Positions 9,661 to 19,128 of a stretch of DNA of 64,000 nt are shown piece after piece. Every line of letters begins with the position of its first letter. Position 1 is the first letter of the stretch. A program made the translations under genes and the position numbers. Source of the stretch: Gemmatimonadales bacterium (GTDB taxonomy: Bacteria > Gemmatimonadota > Gemmatimonadetes > Gemmatimonadales > GWC2-71-9); contig DASUAL010000077.1 of the NCBI GenBank assembly GCA_035763805.1, positions 9,461 to 73,460 on the forward strand, read 5' to 3'. The notes beneath the pieces are model-generated. The model saw only the letters and a program-made list of their open reading frames with translations. It did no database searches and was not told where the DNA came from.

Positions 9661-11339
9661 TGGCCGACCTCGCGCAGCGCCCTGCTGACGGCGTTGCGCA
9701 CGAGCGGTTCCTTGTCCTGCGCGTTCTTCTCCAGCGCCGCGCGCGCCTCCGGGTTGCGGATCTTGCCGAGCGCCATGGCCGCGCAGGCGCGGGTCTCGGG
9801 GTCCTCTTTGCGACCGAGCAGCCCTTTCGCCGAGAGCATCTTGTCGAGTGCCGCAACGCCTTTCGCTCCGACGAGCGAGCCGAACGCCTCGAAGAACGCC
9901 ATCTTCTCGGTGAGGTCGGCGCCCTTCAGTTTTGATCCTGTGACGATCGATTCGACCCGCGCCGCGGCGTTGCGGTGGCCGCGCGACGCCACGAATCGCA
10001 CCGCGGCGATCCGGACGTCGCGGTCGGAGTCATCGATCGCCCTCTCGAGGAGCCGCATCGCGGACGGGCTCGCGATCGCGGTGAGCGCCTCGACGACGGC
10101 GAGCTTCAGCGAGCGGTCCCCCGTCGCGAGCAGCGGCTCCATCCCGTCCGGCGCGCCCGTCAGCTTCAGCCGGCCCGCCAGCCTGACCATCTCGAGCTGT
10201 GCGGCGGCATCCTCGCTCCCGAGGGCCTTCAGCACCTCGCCGGCGTGCGCCTGCGCGAGCCGCGAGGCGGCTCCCTGCACTAGCTCCCGCACCCGCTCGT
10301 TGTTCAGCTTCGGAATCCACGACATCAAGGTGGGCAGCGCCTCGGCGCGGAGCTCTTGGAACAGCTCGGTGAGCTCTTCCTCGGTCGGGTGCACCGTGGC
10401 TTCGTCGAGCGACTGCAGCAGCTGGGACAGCGCGTCGCGCTGCGACAGCCGGCTGGGCAGGCTCTCCAGCGTCTGGCGGTGCTCCGGGATGAGCTCGCGG
10501 GCGCGTTGCAGGATCACCCGGCTCTCCCGCAGGATCAGCGCGACCGAGCGGAAGTCCGCCGCGCCCAGCAGGTATGGAATGAAGTTCTCCAGGATGGAGA
10601 TCAACTCCGCCCGCACGGTCCCGTAGGTCTGTAGCTCGAGCAGGTCGAACAGCATCGACAGCACGTTGCGGCGCAGGTCCTGGGAGTATTCCCGCTCGAC
10701 CTCGTCCTTGAGATAGTTGATCTCTTTCTCGTCGAGGAAGTACAGCGTGGTGTCGAAGTCGTCGATCGACACCAACCCCTCGCGCTTGGGCGGGGCTTCC
10801 TCCTCTACGTACTGCCGCACCGTCGTCGGTGGGGTGGACGGGACCGTTTCGCCCGCCTCGATCGGGACCGCGTTCTCGGTCGCGAGCTCGCGAAACGTGT
10901 AGGCGATGAGCTGGAAGTCCTGCGCCCACAGGAGCGTGAGCAGGTCGTCGGGTGCGTCCGCCTGGAGGTTCTTGGCCTGCTGCAGCACGCCCAGGAAGCG
11001 TACGATCTCGGCGTCTTCGACGCCCGGCTTGAACGCCAGTGAGCGGACCCCGTCCTTGTACAGTGTCCACGCGATGCTCTCGCTCCGCTGCTCCTGGCTG
11101 TAGACGACGGCGTCCTCCCACCGGAGGTCGGTCTCCCCGATGTCGAAGATGAGGTCGTCCGTCGCCTGCCAGATCTGGCGGAAAACGTTGCGGATATTGT
11201 CGACCGCGCGCTGGTACACGGGGTTGTTCGGCAGGTAGAGCTGGGTGGCGCGGAGCCCCTTCGACAGGACCAGCCACAGTTCCTCCACCTGGGAAGGGGG
11301 GAGGGCCAGCTCCGGTGTGGGCGCGGGCAGGTTCGTCAG
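9657..11339 (-). CDS. HEAT-repeat protein
   Basis: C-terminal HEAT repeats (VKLAVVEAL.., [32 protein letters not shown]). Best start is CTG at 11339, overlapping the trpB TGA, with GGAG 7 nt upstream. Confidence 0.8.
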   Translation of the reverse strand: MTNLPAPTPELALPPSQVEELWLVLSKGLRATQLYLPNNPVYQRAVDNIRNVFRQIWQATDDLIFDIGETDLRWEDAVVYSQEQRSESIAWTLYKDGVRSLAFKPGVEDAEIVRFLGVLQQAKNLQADAPDDLLTLLWAQDFQLIAYTFRELATENAVPIEAGETVPSTPPTTVRQYVEEEAPPKREGLVSIDDFDTTLYFLDEKEINYLKDEVEREYSQDLRRNVLSMLFDLLELQTYGTVRAELISILENFIPYLLGAADFRSVALILRESRVILQRARELIPEHRQTLESLPSRLSQRDALSQLLQSLDEATVHPTEEELTELFQELRAEALPTLMSWIPKLNNERVRELVQGAASRLAQAHAGEVLKALGSEDAAAQLEMVRLAGRLKLTGAPDGMEPLLATGDRSLKLAVVEALTAIASPSAMRLLERAIDDSDRDVRIAAVRFVASRGHRNAAARVESIVTGSKLKGADLTEKMAFFEAFGSLVGAKGVAALDKMLSAKGLLGRKEDPETRACAAMALGKIRNPEARAALEKNAQDKEPLVRNAVSRALREVGQ

Positions 11340-12538
11340 GCCGTTGCTCCCGTCAGTTCGGCGACCATGGCGACGTCCTTGTCGCCGCGGCCGCTGAGGT
11401 TGATCAACACGATGTCGCCCGGGTGCCAGTGCGACCTGTGACCCATCACCCACGCGACGGCATGCGCGCTCTCCAGGGCCGGGAGGATGCCCTCGAGGCG
11501 GGACAGCGCGGCGAAGGCGTCCAGCGCCTCTCGATCCGTCACCGCATCATACAATACGCGCCCGCTGTCCTTGAGAAAAGCGTGTTCCGGCCCCACCCCC
11601 GGGTAGTCCAGGCCGGCCGACACGCTATGCGCCGGTTGGACCTGCCCATCCCGATCCTGAAGCAGATAACTCAGGCTCCCGTGGAACACCCCTGGCCGCC
11701 CGCACCCGAGGGATGCCGCGTGGCGTCCGGAGGCGATCCCCTCCCCGGCCGCCTCCACACCCACCAGCTCGACCGCCCGATCCTCGAGGAACCCCGCGAA
11801 GATCCCGATGGCGTTCGACCCGCCGCCCACGCACGCCACCACCGTGCCCGGCAAGCGGCTGTACCGCTCCAGGGTCTGCGCCCGCGCTTCCCGCCCGATC
11901 ACCGACTGGAAGTCGCGCACGATGCGCGGAAACGGATCGGGCCCCACCACCGAGCCGATGATGTAGTGTGTCGTGGTGACATTCGTCACCCAGTCGCGAA
12001 GCGCCTCGTTGGTCGCGTCCTTGAGCGTCTTTGTTCCAGACGTGACGGGCACGACTTTCGCGCCCATCAGGTCCATCCGATAGACGTTGAGGCGCTGGCG
12101 CCGCATGTCCTCCTCGCCCATGTACACGACGCACTCGAGGCCGAACCGCGCGCACACGGTAGCCGTGGCGACGCCGTGCTGCCCGGCGCCGGTCTCCGCG
12201 ATGATGCGCGGCTTTCCCATGCGTCGCGCGAGGAGCGCCTGACCGACGGTGTTGTTGATCTTGTGCGCACCCGTGTGGTTCAGGTCCTCGCGCTTCAGCA
12301 GCACAACGACGCCGTCGCCGACCCGCGCCGCGAGCCGCGGCGCCTCGGTGATGGGCGTCGGTCGCCCGACGTAATCCCGGAGCAGCGTGTCGAGCTCTGC
12401 CCAGAACGCGGCGTCGCCCCTCGCCTGGTCGTAGACGCGCTCCAGCTCCTCGAGCGCCGCCATCAGCGTCTCAGGCACGTAACGGCCGCCGTAGGGTCCA
12501 AAACGACCCGTCGTGCGCGCGTCGGGCTCAGGTTTCAA
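11336..12538 (-). CDS. trpB: Tryptophan synthase beta chain
   Basis: [64 protein letters not shown] at 12538 with a GGAGG RBS. Confidence 0.97.
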   Translation of the reverse strand: MKPEPDARTTGRFGPYGGRYVPETLMAALEELERVYDQARGDAAFWAELDTLLRDYVGRPTPITEAPRLAARVGDGVVVLLKREDLNHTGAHKINNTVGQALLARRMGKPRIIAETGAGQHGVATATVCARFGLECVVYMGEEDMRRQRLNVYRMDLMGAKVVPVTSGTKTLKDATNEALRDWVTNVTTTHYIIGSVVGPDPFPRIVRDFQSVIGREARAQTLERYSRLPGTVVACVGGGSNAIGIFAGFLEDRAVELVGVEAAGEGIASGRHAASLGCGRPGVFHGSLSYLLQDRDGQVQPAHSVSAGLDYPGVGPEHAFLKDSGRVLYDAVTDREALDAFAALSRLEGILPALESAHAVAWVMGHRSHWHPGDIVLINLSGRGDKDVAMVAELTGATA

Positions 12539-12566
12539 GCGACCCTCCGGTGCGCAGGCCACTGCC

Positions 12567-12684
12567 AATGCGGAGTGCGGAATGTGGAATGCGGAATTGA
12601 CCGCGCGGTCGTCCTGCCTGTTGGCGGGCTCTCGGCATCGACCCCGCCCTGCAATTCCGCACTCCGCATTCCGCACTCCGCATT
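12567..12684. repeat. Inverted heptamer-array hairpin (AATGCGG)n...(CCGCATT)n
   Basis: 33-bp arms at 12567-12599 and 12652-12684, 31/33 complementary, 52-nt loop. Confidence 0.9.
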
Positions 12685-12688
12685 TGTA

Positions 12689-13486
12689 TTACCGGTTCCT
12701 CCCCTGCCTCCGCACGCCCGTCAGCGCCCGCACCGCCTCCGCAGGATCGCTCGTTCGCGCCACCGACGTCCCCACGAGCACGAGGTCCGCGCCTGCCCGG
12801 GCCATGCGTTCGACGTCGGCGCGCGCGGCGATCCCGCTCTCGGCCACCGCCGGGACTGCGTGGGGGACAAGGCTCAGGAGCTGCTCCGCCAGCGCCAGGT
12901 CTACCGCGAACGTCGCGAGGTCGCGGCTATTCACGCCCACGGCCGTGGCCCCGACAGCGAGCGCCTCGTCGAGCTCGCCCGCCGAGTGAACCTCGACGAG
13001 CACGCCCAGTCCCTGGTCCCGCGCGCTGCGCGCCAAGGCCTCAAGCCGCGGGCGCGCGAGGGCTCGCACGATGAGCAACACGGCGCTGGCCCCCGCCGCA
13101 CGAGCTTCGAGGAGCTGGAGCTCGTCGAGGATGAAATCCTTGCGCAGCACGGGTACTGCCACCCTCCGGGCCACCTGCGTCAAGTCCTCGAGCGAGCCGC
13201 CGAAATGCGCCTCATCGGTCAGCACGGAGATCGCGACCGCCCCTCCCCGCTCGTAGCCCAGCGCGTGCGCGACCGGATCGAGATCCTCCCGGATCGCTCC
13301 GGCGGATGGGGAGCGCCGCTTCACTTCCGCGACCACGCCGACCGTGGTGCCGCCCAGCGCCGCGGCAAGTTCACGCGGCGCGGGCGCGGCGGCCGCCGCG
13401 CGCTCGAGCTCTCGGGCCCTCGGCCGGAGCAGCGCCACTCGGTCACGCGTGGCACTCAAGATGGCGTCGATACGACTCGGGGTCAT
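12689..13486 (-). CDS. trpC: Indole-3-glycerol phosphate synthase
   Basis: VVAEVKRRSPSAG, AISVLTD, VLRKDFI, VEVH, GVNSRDL, AESGI, VLVG. Confidence 0.96.
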   Translation of the reverse strand: MTPSRIDAILSATRDRVALLRPRARELERAAAAAPAPRELAAALGGTTVGVVAEVKRRSPSAGAIREDLDPVAHALGYERGGAVAISVLTDEAHFGGSLEDLTQVARRVAVPVLRKDFILDELQLLEARAAGASAVLLIVRALARPRLEALARSARDQGLGVLVEVHSAGELDEALAVGATAVGVNSRDLATFAVDLALAEQLLSLVPHAVPAVAESGIAARADVERMARAGADLVLVGTSVARTSDPAEAVRALTGVRRQGRNR

Positions 13487-13488
13487 CC

Positions 13489-13536
13489 TTGCATTCGGTC
13501 GATTTTCGGGTAGATTATCTTCGGGTTATTTTCGGG
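13489..13536. promoter_or_regulatory. lexA/trpC divergent promoter with two 17-bp direct-repeat sites (candidate SOS boxes)
   Basis: TTCGGTCGATTTTCGGG (13494-13510) and TTCGGGTTATTTTCGGG (13520-13536). TTGCAT(13489)-N16-TAGATT(13511) on the + strand. Confidence 0.55.
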
Positions 13537-13543
13537 AGACCGT

Positions 13544-14152
13544 GTGTCGCTCACTCGCCGCCAGCGCCAAATCCTCGACTTCATCTCCAGCCACATTGCA
13601 GCGAACGGGTACGCCCCGAGCTTCGAGGAGATGGCCCGCCAATTCGGGTTTCGGTCCCTGGCCACTGTCCACGAGCACCTCACCAATCTCGAGCGCAAGG
13701 GCTACATCCGGCGCACCCACAACGAGAGCCGCGCCATCGAAATCGTGCCGCCCAAAGGTCAGACCGGCGCGAGCGAGCTGCCACTCCTCGGTCTCGTCGC
13801 CGCCGGCGAGCCGATCGAGGCGATCAGCGGTGCCGACACCCTTGCCGTGCCCGACGAGCTGATTCCGCGCCGCGGACGGAGCTACGTGCTCAAGGTGCGC
13901 GGGCAGTCGATGATCGACGACCACATCAAGGACGGCGACTTCATCGTAGTGCACGAGCGCAACCAGGCCGACAACGGCCAGACCGTCGTGGCCCTCGTGC
14001 ACGGCGCCAACGCGACCGTGAAGAAGTTCTACCGCGAGCCGGGCGGCTGGATCAGGCTCGAGCCCGCCAACCCTGCCATGAGCCCGTTGCGGGTGAACGA
14101 GCGGGACATCGTCGTACAAGGCGTCGTGGTCGGCGTCATCCGCAAGTACTAG
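13544..14152 (+). CDS. lexA: SOS transcriptional repressor LexA
   Basis: wHTH LTRRQRQILDFI...PSFEEMARQFGFRSLATVHEHL, VAAG cleavage site, catalytic VRGQSM and TVKKF. Confidence 0.96.
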   Translation: MSLTRRQRQILDFISSHIAANGYAPSFEEMARQFGFRSLATVHEHLTNLERKGYIRRTHNESRAIEIVPPKGQTGASELPLLGLVAAGEPIEAISGADTLAVPDELIPRRGRSYVLKVRGQSMIDDHIKDGDFIVVHERNQADNGQTVVALVHGANATVKKFYREPGGWIRLEPANPAMSPLRVNERDIVVQGVVVGVIRKY

Positions 14153-15215
14153 CGCTCGCCGTAGCCCGGCGCAGCCGTTCCAGGGCCTCGTGGGCCGCCC
14201 CGGATTCGAGCACGTCGCGCGCTTGCCGCACGCCGGCATCGTACGAGCGTGCGAGCCCCGCTGCATAGATCGCGGCCCCACCGTTGAGCACGACGGCTGC
14301 CACGCCGAGTGCGTCGCTCTGCCCTCCCGCGAGCAGCCGCTCGATGCGTCCCGCATTGGCGGCCGGCTCCCCGCCAGCGAGCGCGCGCGCGTCCTCCAAC
14401 TCCAGGTCGTAGCGCGCCGGGTCGAGCTCCCAGGTCGTCACACGTCCGGTGCGCACTTCCCACACGTCGGTGATTCCGTGTGGAGAGATCTCATCCATCC
14501 CGATGCGGCCGTGAACGACCAGCGCGTGTTCCGTGCCGAGCCGGGCGAGTGCCTCGGCGACCAGCGGTGCTCGGTCCCCGTCCGCGACGCCTACCACCTG
14601 GCGGCGGACGCCTGCCGGGTTCGCGAGCGGTCCCAGCAGGTTCATGATCGACGGCACAGCGAGCTCTCGCCGGATCGGGCCTGCGTGCTTCATCGCGGGA
14701 TGGAAGGAGGGGGCGAACAGAAACGTGACGGACGCTTCGCTGAGCACGCGCGCCGCCTGGGCGGCGTCGAGGGTGATACGCACTCCGAGCGCCTCGAGGA
14801 CATCCGCCGAACCGCACTTCGAGGTGAAGGAACGGTTGCCGTGCTTCGCGACATGGGCGCCAGCCCCCGCGGCCACGAACGCTGCCGCGGTCGAGATGTT
14901 GAACGTGGAAACCGACCCGCCGCCGGTGCCGCAGGTGTCCACGAGATGGTCGCCCGCGGCCTCCACCCGAACCATGACCGCGCGCAGTGCGCGGGCGGCA
15001 CCCGCCACCTCCTCGGGCGTTTCTCCCTTCACGCGCAGTCCCATCAGCAGGGCGGCGATCTGCGCAGCTGTGGCCTCGCCACGCATCACGGCTCCAAACA
15101 CGTCGGTCGCGTGAGTCTCGCTGAGGGAACGGCGGTTTGCGAGGGCGGCGATCGCCTCGAGCAGCGGCGAAGGTGTGGCGGGCCGGGGGGGTTGGGGGTC
15201 TGGGGCGTCGGGCAT
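14136..15215 (-). CDS. trpD: Anthranilate phosphoribosyltransferase
   Basis: DTCGTGG, FNIST, AKHGNRSFTSKCGSADVLEALG, FHPAMKH, NLLGPLANP, GMDEIS. ATG at 15215 is favoured by the promoter position. Confidence 0.96.
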   Translation of the reverse strand: MPDAPDPQPPRPATPSPLLEAIAALANRRSLSETHATDVFGAVMRGEATAAQIAALLMGLRVKGETPEEVAGAARALRAVMVRVEAAGDHLVDTCGTGGGSVSTFNISTAAAFVAAGAGAHVAKHGNRSFTSKCGSADVLEALGVRITLDAAQAARVLSEASVTFLFAPSFHPAMKHAGPIRRELAVPSIMNLLGPLANPAGVRRQVVGVADGDRAPLVAEALARLGTEHALVVHGRIGMDEISPHGITDVWEVRTGRVTTWELDPARYDLELEDARALAGGEPAANAGRIERLLAGGQSDALGVAAVVLNGGAAIYAAGLARSYDAGVRQARDVLESGAAHEALERLRRATASASTCG

Positions 15216-15236
15216 CGCGGATCTGGGGCTCGCCAA

Positions 15237-15266
15237 AGCTTACCGTGAAAAATCGCCTTTTGTCAA
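15237..15266 (-). promoter_or_regulatory. Sigma70-type promoter of trpD
   Basis: TTGACA-N18-TAAGCT on the minus strand. Confidence 0.6.
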
Positions 15267-15288
15267 ATACGACAACGGGTTGCGTGGC

Positions 15289-15317
15289 TTGATCGGTCCT
15301 CCGTTTCGCCCTATCTT
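15289..15317 (+). promoter_or_regulatory. Sigma70-type leaderless promoter of the truA operon
   Basis: TTGATC-N17-TATCTT, then 6 nt to GTG at 15324. No SD. Confidence 0.55.
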
Positions 15318-15323
15318 TCGCCC

Positions 15324-16103
15324 GTGACGAGCCGGCCCTTCCTCGCCGTAGCGCATTACGACGGGGCCCAGTTCGTAGGGTGGCAGCGGCAGCGGGAGGG
15401 GCGCACGGTGCAGGCGGAGTTCGAGGCCGTGCTCGAGCGCTTGATGGGTCGCCGCACGACGGCCACGGGCGCGGGACGCACCGATACGGGAGTGCACGCG
15501 CTTGGTCAGGGCGTGGGTTTTCTCGCGGACGGGCGTTGGGCGGGCGACGCTGCCGGGCTGCGGCGGGCGCTGAACGCATTGCTGCCCCGGGACGTGTGGG
15601 TGGAGCGCGTGCACCCGATGCAGTCGGGGTTTCATGCTCGGAAGAGCGCCGTGGCGCGCCGCTACCGCTACCTCATCGGCACGGACGACGCTGCCCACTC
15701 TCCCTTCCGGCGTTGTTATGAGTGGGCGCTCGGTCGCCCCCTCGACGTGGCGCTGCTCGCGCGCGCCGCGCAGGCCCTGCCGGGAGAGCACGACTTCCGC
15801 GGCTTGGCGGCGGCCGGGCAGCCGAAGCCCCACTACCGCAGCCGCGTCGCGCTCGCCGAATGGGCGCCGCGGACTGACGGCGCGGGGGTGAGCTTCACGA
15901 TCGAGGCCGACCGGTTTCTGCATCGCATGGTGCGCTTTCTCGTGGGCGCGATGGTGGACGTCGCCCTGGGTCGGCGCCCGCTGTCGGACCTTCCCCGCTT
16001 GCTCACGGCGACAGACAACCAGGCGGCGAGTCCGCCCGCGCCGCCCCAAGGGCTCTACCTGGTGGCGGTACGCTATCCCGCTGACCTCTACGCCGAGGCC
16101 TGA
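15324..16103 (+). CDS. truA: tRNA pseudouridine(38-40) synthase
   Basis: YDGAQFVGWQRQ, GAGRTDTGVHA, FHAR, FLHRMVR, APPQGLYL. Confidence 0.95.
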   Translation: MTSRPFLAVAHYDGAQFVGWQRQREGRTVQAEFEAVLERLMGRRTTATGAGRTDTGVHALGQGVGFLADGRWAGDAAGLRRALNALLPRDVWVERVHPMQSGFHARKSAVARRYRYLIGTDDAAHSPFRRCYEWALGRPLDVALLARAAQALPGEHDFRGLAAAGQPKPHYRSRVALAEWAPRTDGAGVSFTIEADRFLHRMVRFLVGAMVDVALGRRPLSDLPRLLTATDNQAASPPAPPQGLYLVAVRYPADLYAEA

Positions 16104-16106
16104 GCC

Positions 16107-16775
16107 ATGAAGTTCTTCCTCGATACCGCCAGTCTCAAGGACATCAGCTGGGCGGCGCAGGCCGGTCTGATCGATGGCGTGACCACCAACCCGTCGCTCC
16201 TCTCGAAGCAGGCAGGAGATCTCGATCCCAAGGACGTGCTCAAGGAGATCTGCTCGCTCGTCGAGGGGCCCGTATCGGCCGAGGTCGTGGCCGTGGACAC
16301 CGAGGGGATGCTGAAGGAGGCGCAGGAGCTGGCGAAGATCGCCGACAACGTCGTGATCAAGATCCCGATGATCGAGGCGGGGATGGTGGCGGTGCGGCGG
16401 CTCGCGGCCGACGCGATCAAGACCAACGTCACGCTATGCTTCTCGAGCGTGCAGTGCCTGATCGCGGCGAAGGCGGGCGCCACCTACGTGAGCCCGTTCA
16501 TCGGGCGCATCGACGACGTGGGCCAGGAAGGCATGGAGGTCATCCGAGAGGCGCGCGTGATCTTCGACAACTACCAAATCGGCACGGAGATCCTCGCGGC
16601 CTCGCTGCGGCACCCACGTCACGTCGTCGAGGCGGCGATGATCGGCGCCGACGTGGCGACCCTCCCCCCCGACGTCCTGAGGAAGCTGCTGCTGCACCCG
16701 CTCACTGACCGCGGGCTCGATCAGTTTCTCGCCGACTGGAGCAAGCTGGTCGCGCGCGCGAAGGCAGAGGTTTGA
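16107..16775 (+). CDS. Transaldolase / fructose-6-phosphate aldolase (TalC/FSA family)
   Basis: [45 protein letters not shown]. Confidence 0.92.
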   Translation: MKFFLDTASLKDISWAAQAGLIDGVTTNPSLLSKQAGDLDPKDVLKEICSLVEGPVSAEVVAVDTEGMLKEAQELAKIADNVVIKIPMIEAGMVAVRRLAADAIKTNVTLCFSSVQCLIAAKAGATYVSPFIGRIDDVGQEGMEVIREARVIFDNYQIGTEILAASLRHPRHVVEAAMIGADVATLPPDVLRKLLLHPLTDRGLDQFLADWSKLVARAKAEV

Positions 16776-18211
16776 CCTACACATCGCCGCTCGGCCAGCG
16801 CTATGCCTCTCCGGCGATGCAGGCGCTCTGGGGAGAGCGCCGGCGGATCGGCTTGTGGCGGCGGCTGTGGCTCGCCCTGATGGAGACCGAGCGGGAGCTC
16901 GGCCTCGACATCCCCGAGCGGGCGGTCGACGAGCTGCGCGCCCACCTGGACGACGCGGACCTCGAGCGCGCCGCCGAACACGAGAAGCGGCTGCGGCACG
17001 AGGTGATGGCTCACATCCATCACCTCGGCGACCAGGCCCCAGCGGCCCGGGCGTACCTCCACCTCGGCGCGACCAGCGCCTACGTCACGGACAACGCCGA
17101 CCTGATCCTGATGCGCGAGGCCCTGGTGCTGTTGCTCGGCCGGGTCGCGGCGGTCCTCGTCGCACTTTCGAAGCTCGCGCACCGGTACCGCGACGTGCCC
17201 TGCCTCGCGTACACGCACTTCCAGCCGGCCCAGCTCACGACCGTGGGCAAGCGCGTCACCCTCTGGATGCAGGACTTCGCGCTCGACGCCGAAGAGCTGC
17301 TCCACCGGCGCGACGCGCTGCAGTTCCGCGGCGCCAAGGGGACGACCGGCACCCAGGCGAGCTTCCTCGAGCTGTTCGAGGGAAACGACGAGAAGGTGCG
17401 GGAGCTCGATAGGCGCGTCGGCCGGCGGATGGGGTTCTCGAAGGTGCTCCCCGTCACCGGCCAGACCTACACCCGCAAGCTCGACGCCCAGGTGCTCGCC
17501 GCCCTGGCCGGGATCGCCGCGTCGGCGGCCAAGTTCGCAACCGACGTGCGGCTGTTACAGCACGAGGGCGAGATGCTCGAGCCGTTCGAGAGCGAGCAAG
17601 TCGGCTCGTCGGCGATGGCCTACAAGCGGAATCCGATGCGCGCGGAGCGGATCACGGGCCTCGCCCGGTTTGTGATCGAGCTCGCGGGCAACGGCTGGCA
17701 CACGGCGGCCGAGCAATGGCTGGAGCGCACGCTCGACGACAGCGCGAACCGGCGGCTGGTGATCCCGGAGGCGTTCCTCGCGACCGACGCGATCCTGGTG
17801 CTCGCCACCAACGTGGCGGCAGGGCTCGAGGTGCGGGAGTCCGTCATCGCCCGACACGTCGCGGCGCAGCTGCCGTTCCTCGCTACGGAGCAGCTGCTGA
17901 TGCGCGGCGTCAAGGCGGGTGGAGACCGCCAGCGGCTCCATGAAATCATCCGCACCCACAGCCTCGCGGTCGCGCAGGCCGTCGCCGAGCGGGGCGCGGC
18001 CAACGACCTGCTCGAGCGCCTCGCGCGGGACCCCGCGTTTAAGGCGCTCGGGGTCGCCGTCCGGTCGGCGGAGCTCGATCCCGCGGCGTTCGTGGGGCGC
18101 GCGCCCCGGCAGGTAGAGGAATTTCTCGAACAGGTCCTTCCGACGGTGCTCGAGCGCATAGACGCTGTCGCCCCTCCCGCCATTACTGCGACGGCGGAGG
18201 TCAGAGTATGA
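16772..18211 (+). CDS. purB: Adenylosuccinate lyase
   Basis: [27 protein letters not shown] start. Confidence 0.96.
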   Translation: MTYTSPLGQRYASPAMQALWGERRRIGLWRRLWLALMETERELGLDIPERAVDELRAHLDDADLERAAEHEKRLRHEVMAHIHHLGDQAPAARAYLHLGATSAYVTDNADLILMREALVLLLGRVAAVLVALSKLAHRYRDVPCLAYTHFQPAQLTTVGKRVTLWMQDFALDAEELLHRRDALQFRGAKGTTGTQASFLELFEGNDEKVRELDRRVGRRMGFSKVLPVTGQTYTRKLDAQVLAALAGIAASAAKFATDVRLLQHEGEMLEPFESEQVGSSAMAYKRNPMRAERITGLARFVIELAGNGWHTAAEQWLERTLDDSANRRLVIPEAFLATDAILVLATNVAAGLEVRESVIARHVAAQLPFLATEQLLMRGVKAGGDRQRLHEIIRTHSLAVAQAVAERGAANDLLERLARDPAFKALGVAVRSAELDPAAFVGRAPRQVEEFLEQVLPTVLERIDAVAPPAITATAEVRV

Positions 18212-19128
18212 CGGCGCCCCTGGTCGCGAGCGAGCTACCACTTCCCCTCGTCCGCCGCGGGAAGGTCCGCGAGGTGTACGCGGTCGATCGGGACACCTTG
18301 CTCCTGGTTGCAAGCGACCGGGTGAGCGCGTTCGACGTCGTGATGAAGGAGCCGGTAGCGCGCAAGGGCACGGTGCTCACCCAGCTCAGTGCCTTCTGGT
18401 TCCGGCGGCTCGCCCACGTGCTGCCGAGCCATTTCCTCTCGGCGGACGCTGACGACATCGTGGCGCGGATTCCGTCACTGGAAGTGTACCGCCCGGCCCT
18501 CGCGGGCCGGGCTATGCTCGTTCGTCGCACGGCGCCCGTGCCGTTCGAGTGTGTGGTGCGCGGGTACATCGCCGGGTCGGCGTGGGTGGAATATCAGCGG
18601 TCCGGGACGCTGGCGGGGGAGCCGCTGCCCGGCGGGCTTGTGGAAAGCGCACGGCTCGATCCCCCGATCTTCTCGCCCGCCACGAAGGCCGACGCCGGGC
18701 ATGACGAGAACGTGACGCTCGCACATGTCGCGAAGGCGCTGGGCCGGCGGCTCGCCGAGCGGCTCCGGGCGGCAAGCCTCGCCCTGTACGAGGCGGGCCG
18801 CGGCTACGCCCAGCCGCGCGGCATCATCATCGCCGACACCAAGTTCGAGTTCGGCACGGCGCCGGATGGGCGACTGCTCGTGATCGATGAGATTCTGACT
18901 CCCGACTCGTCGCGTTTCTGGCCGGCCGACCGCTACGAGCCTGGGCGAAGCCAGCCGAGCTTCGACAAGCAACCATTGCGGGACTACCTCGCGGGCCTGA
19001 AGAAGCAGGGAAAGTGGGATGGCAACCCGCCCCCGCCACGCCTCCCGCCGGAGGTGGTGCAGGCGACGAGCGAGCGGTATCTGGAGGCGTACCGGCTCAT
19101 CACGGGCGACTCCCTTGCGGCCGATTGA
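18208..19128 (+). CDS. purC: SAICAR synthetase
   Basis: RGKVREVY, SDRVSAFD, ECVVRGY, IIADTKFEFG, DEILTPDSSRFW, DKQPLRD. Confidence 0.96.
   Translation: MTAPLVASELPLPLVRRGKVREVYAVDRDTLLLVASDRVSAFDVVMKEPVARKGTVLTQLSAFWFRRLAHVLPSHFLSADADDIVARIPSLEVYRPALAGRAMLVRRTAPVPFECVVRGYIAGSAWVEYQRSGTLAGEPLPGGLVESARLDPPIFSPATKADAGHDENVTLAHVAKALGRRLAERLRAASLALYEAGRGYAQPRGIIIADTKFEFGTAPDGRLLVIDEILTPDSSRFWPADRYEPGRSQPSFDKQPLRDYLAGLKKQGKWDGNPPPPRLPPEVVQATSERYLEAYRLITGDSLAAD

Noticed and set aside
8113-10626. Very long antisense/alternative-frame ORFs (e.g. 8113-10626, 24500-27265, 30310-32901 extension, 34548-37451 extension, 61272-63338)
   Set aside because: These are shadow ORFs expected at high GC opposite or alongside well-supported genes. 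They have no motifs of their own.
12567-12684. CRISPR array or trp attenuator
   Set aside because: The units are 7-bp tandem repeats without spacers. There is no Trp-codon leader peptide, U-tract or cas gene.
15190-15232. Degenerate period-7 run at the trpD N-terminus (MPDAPDPQPP)
   Set aside because: Too degenerate and C-rich to separate from low-complexity Pro-rich sequence, and no inverted partner.
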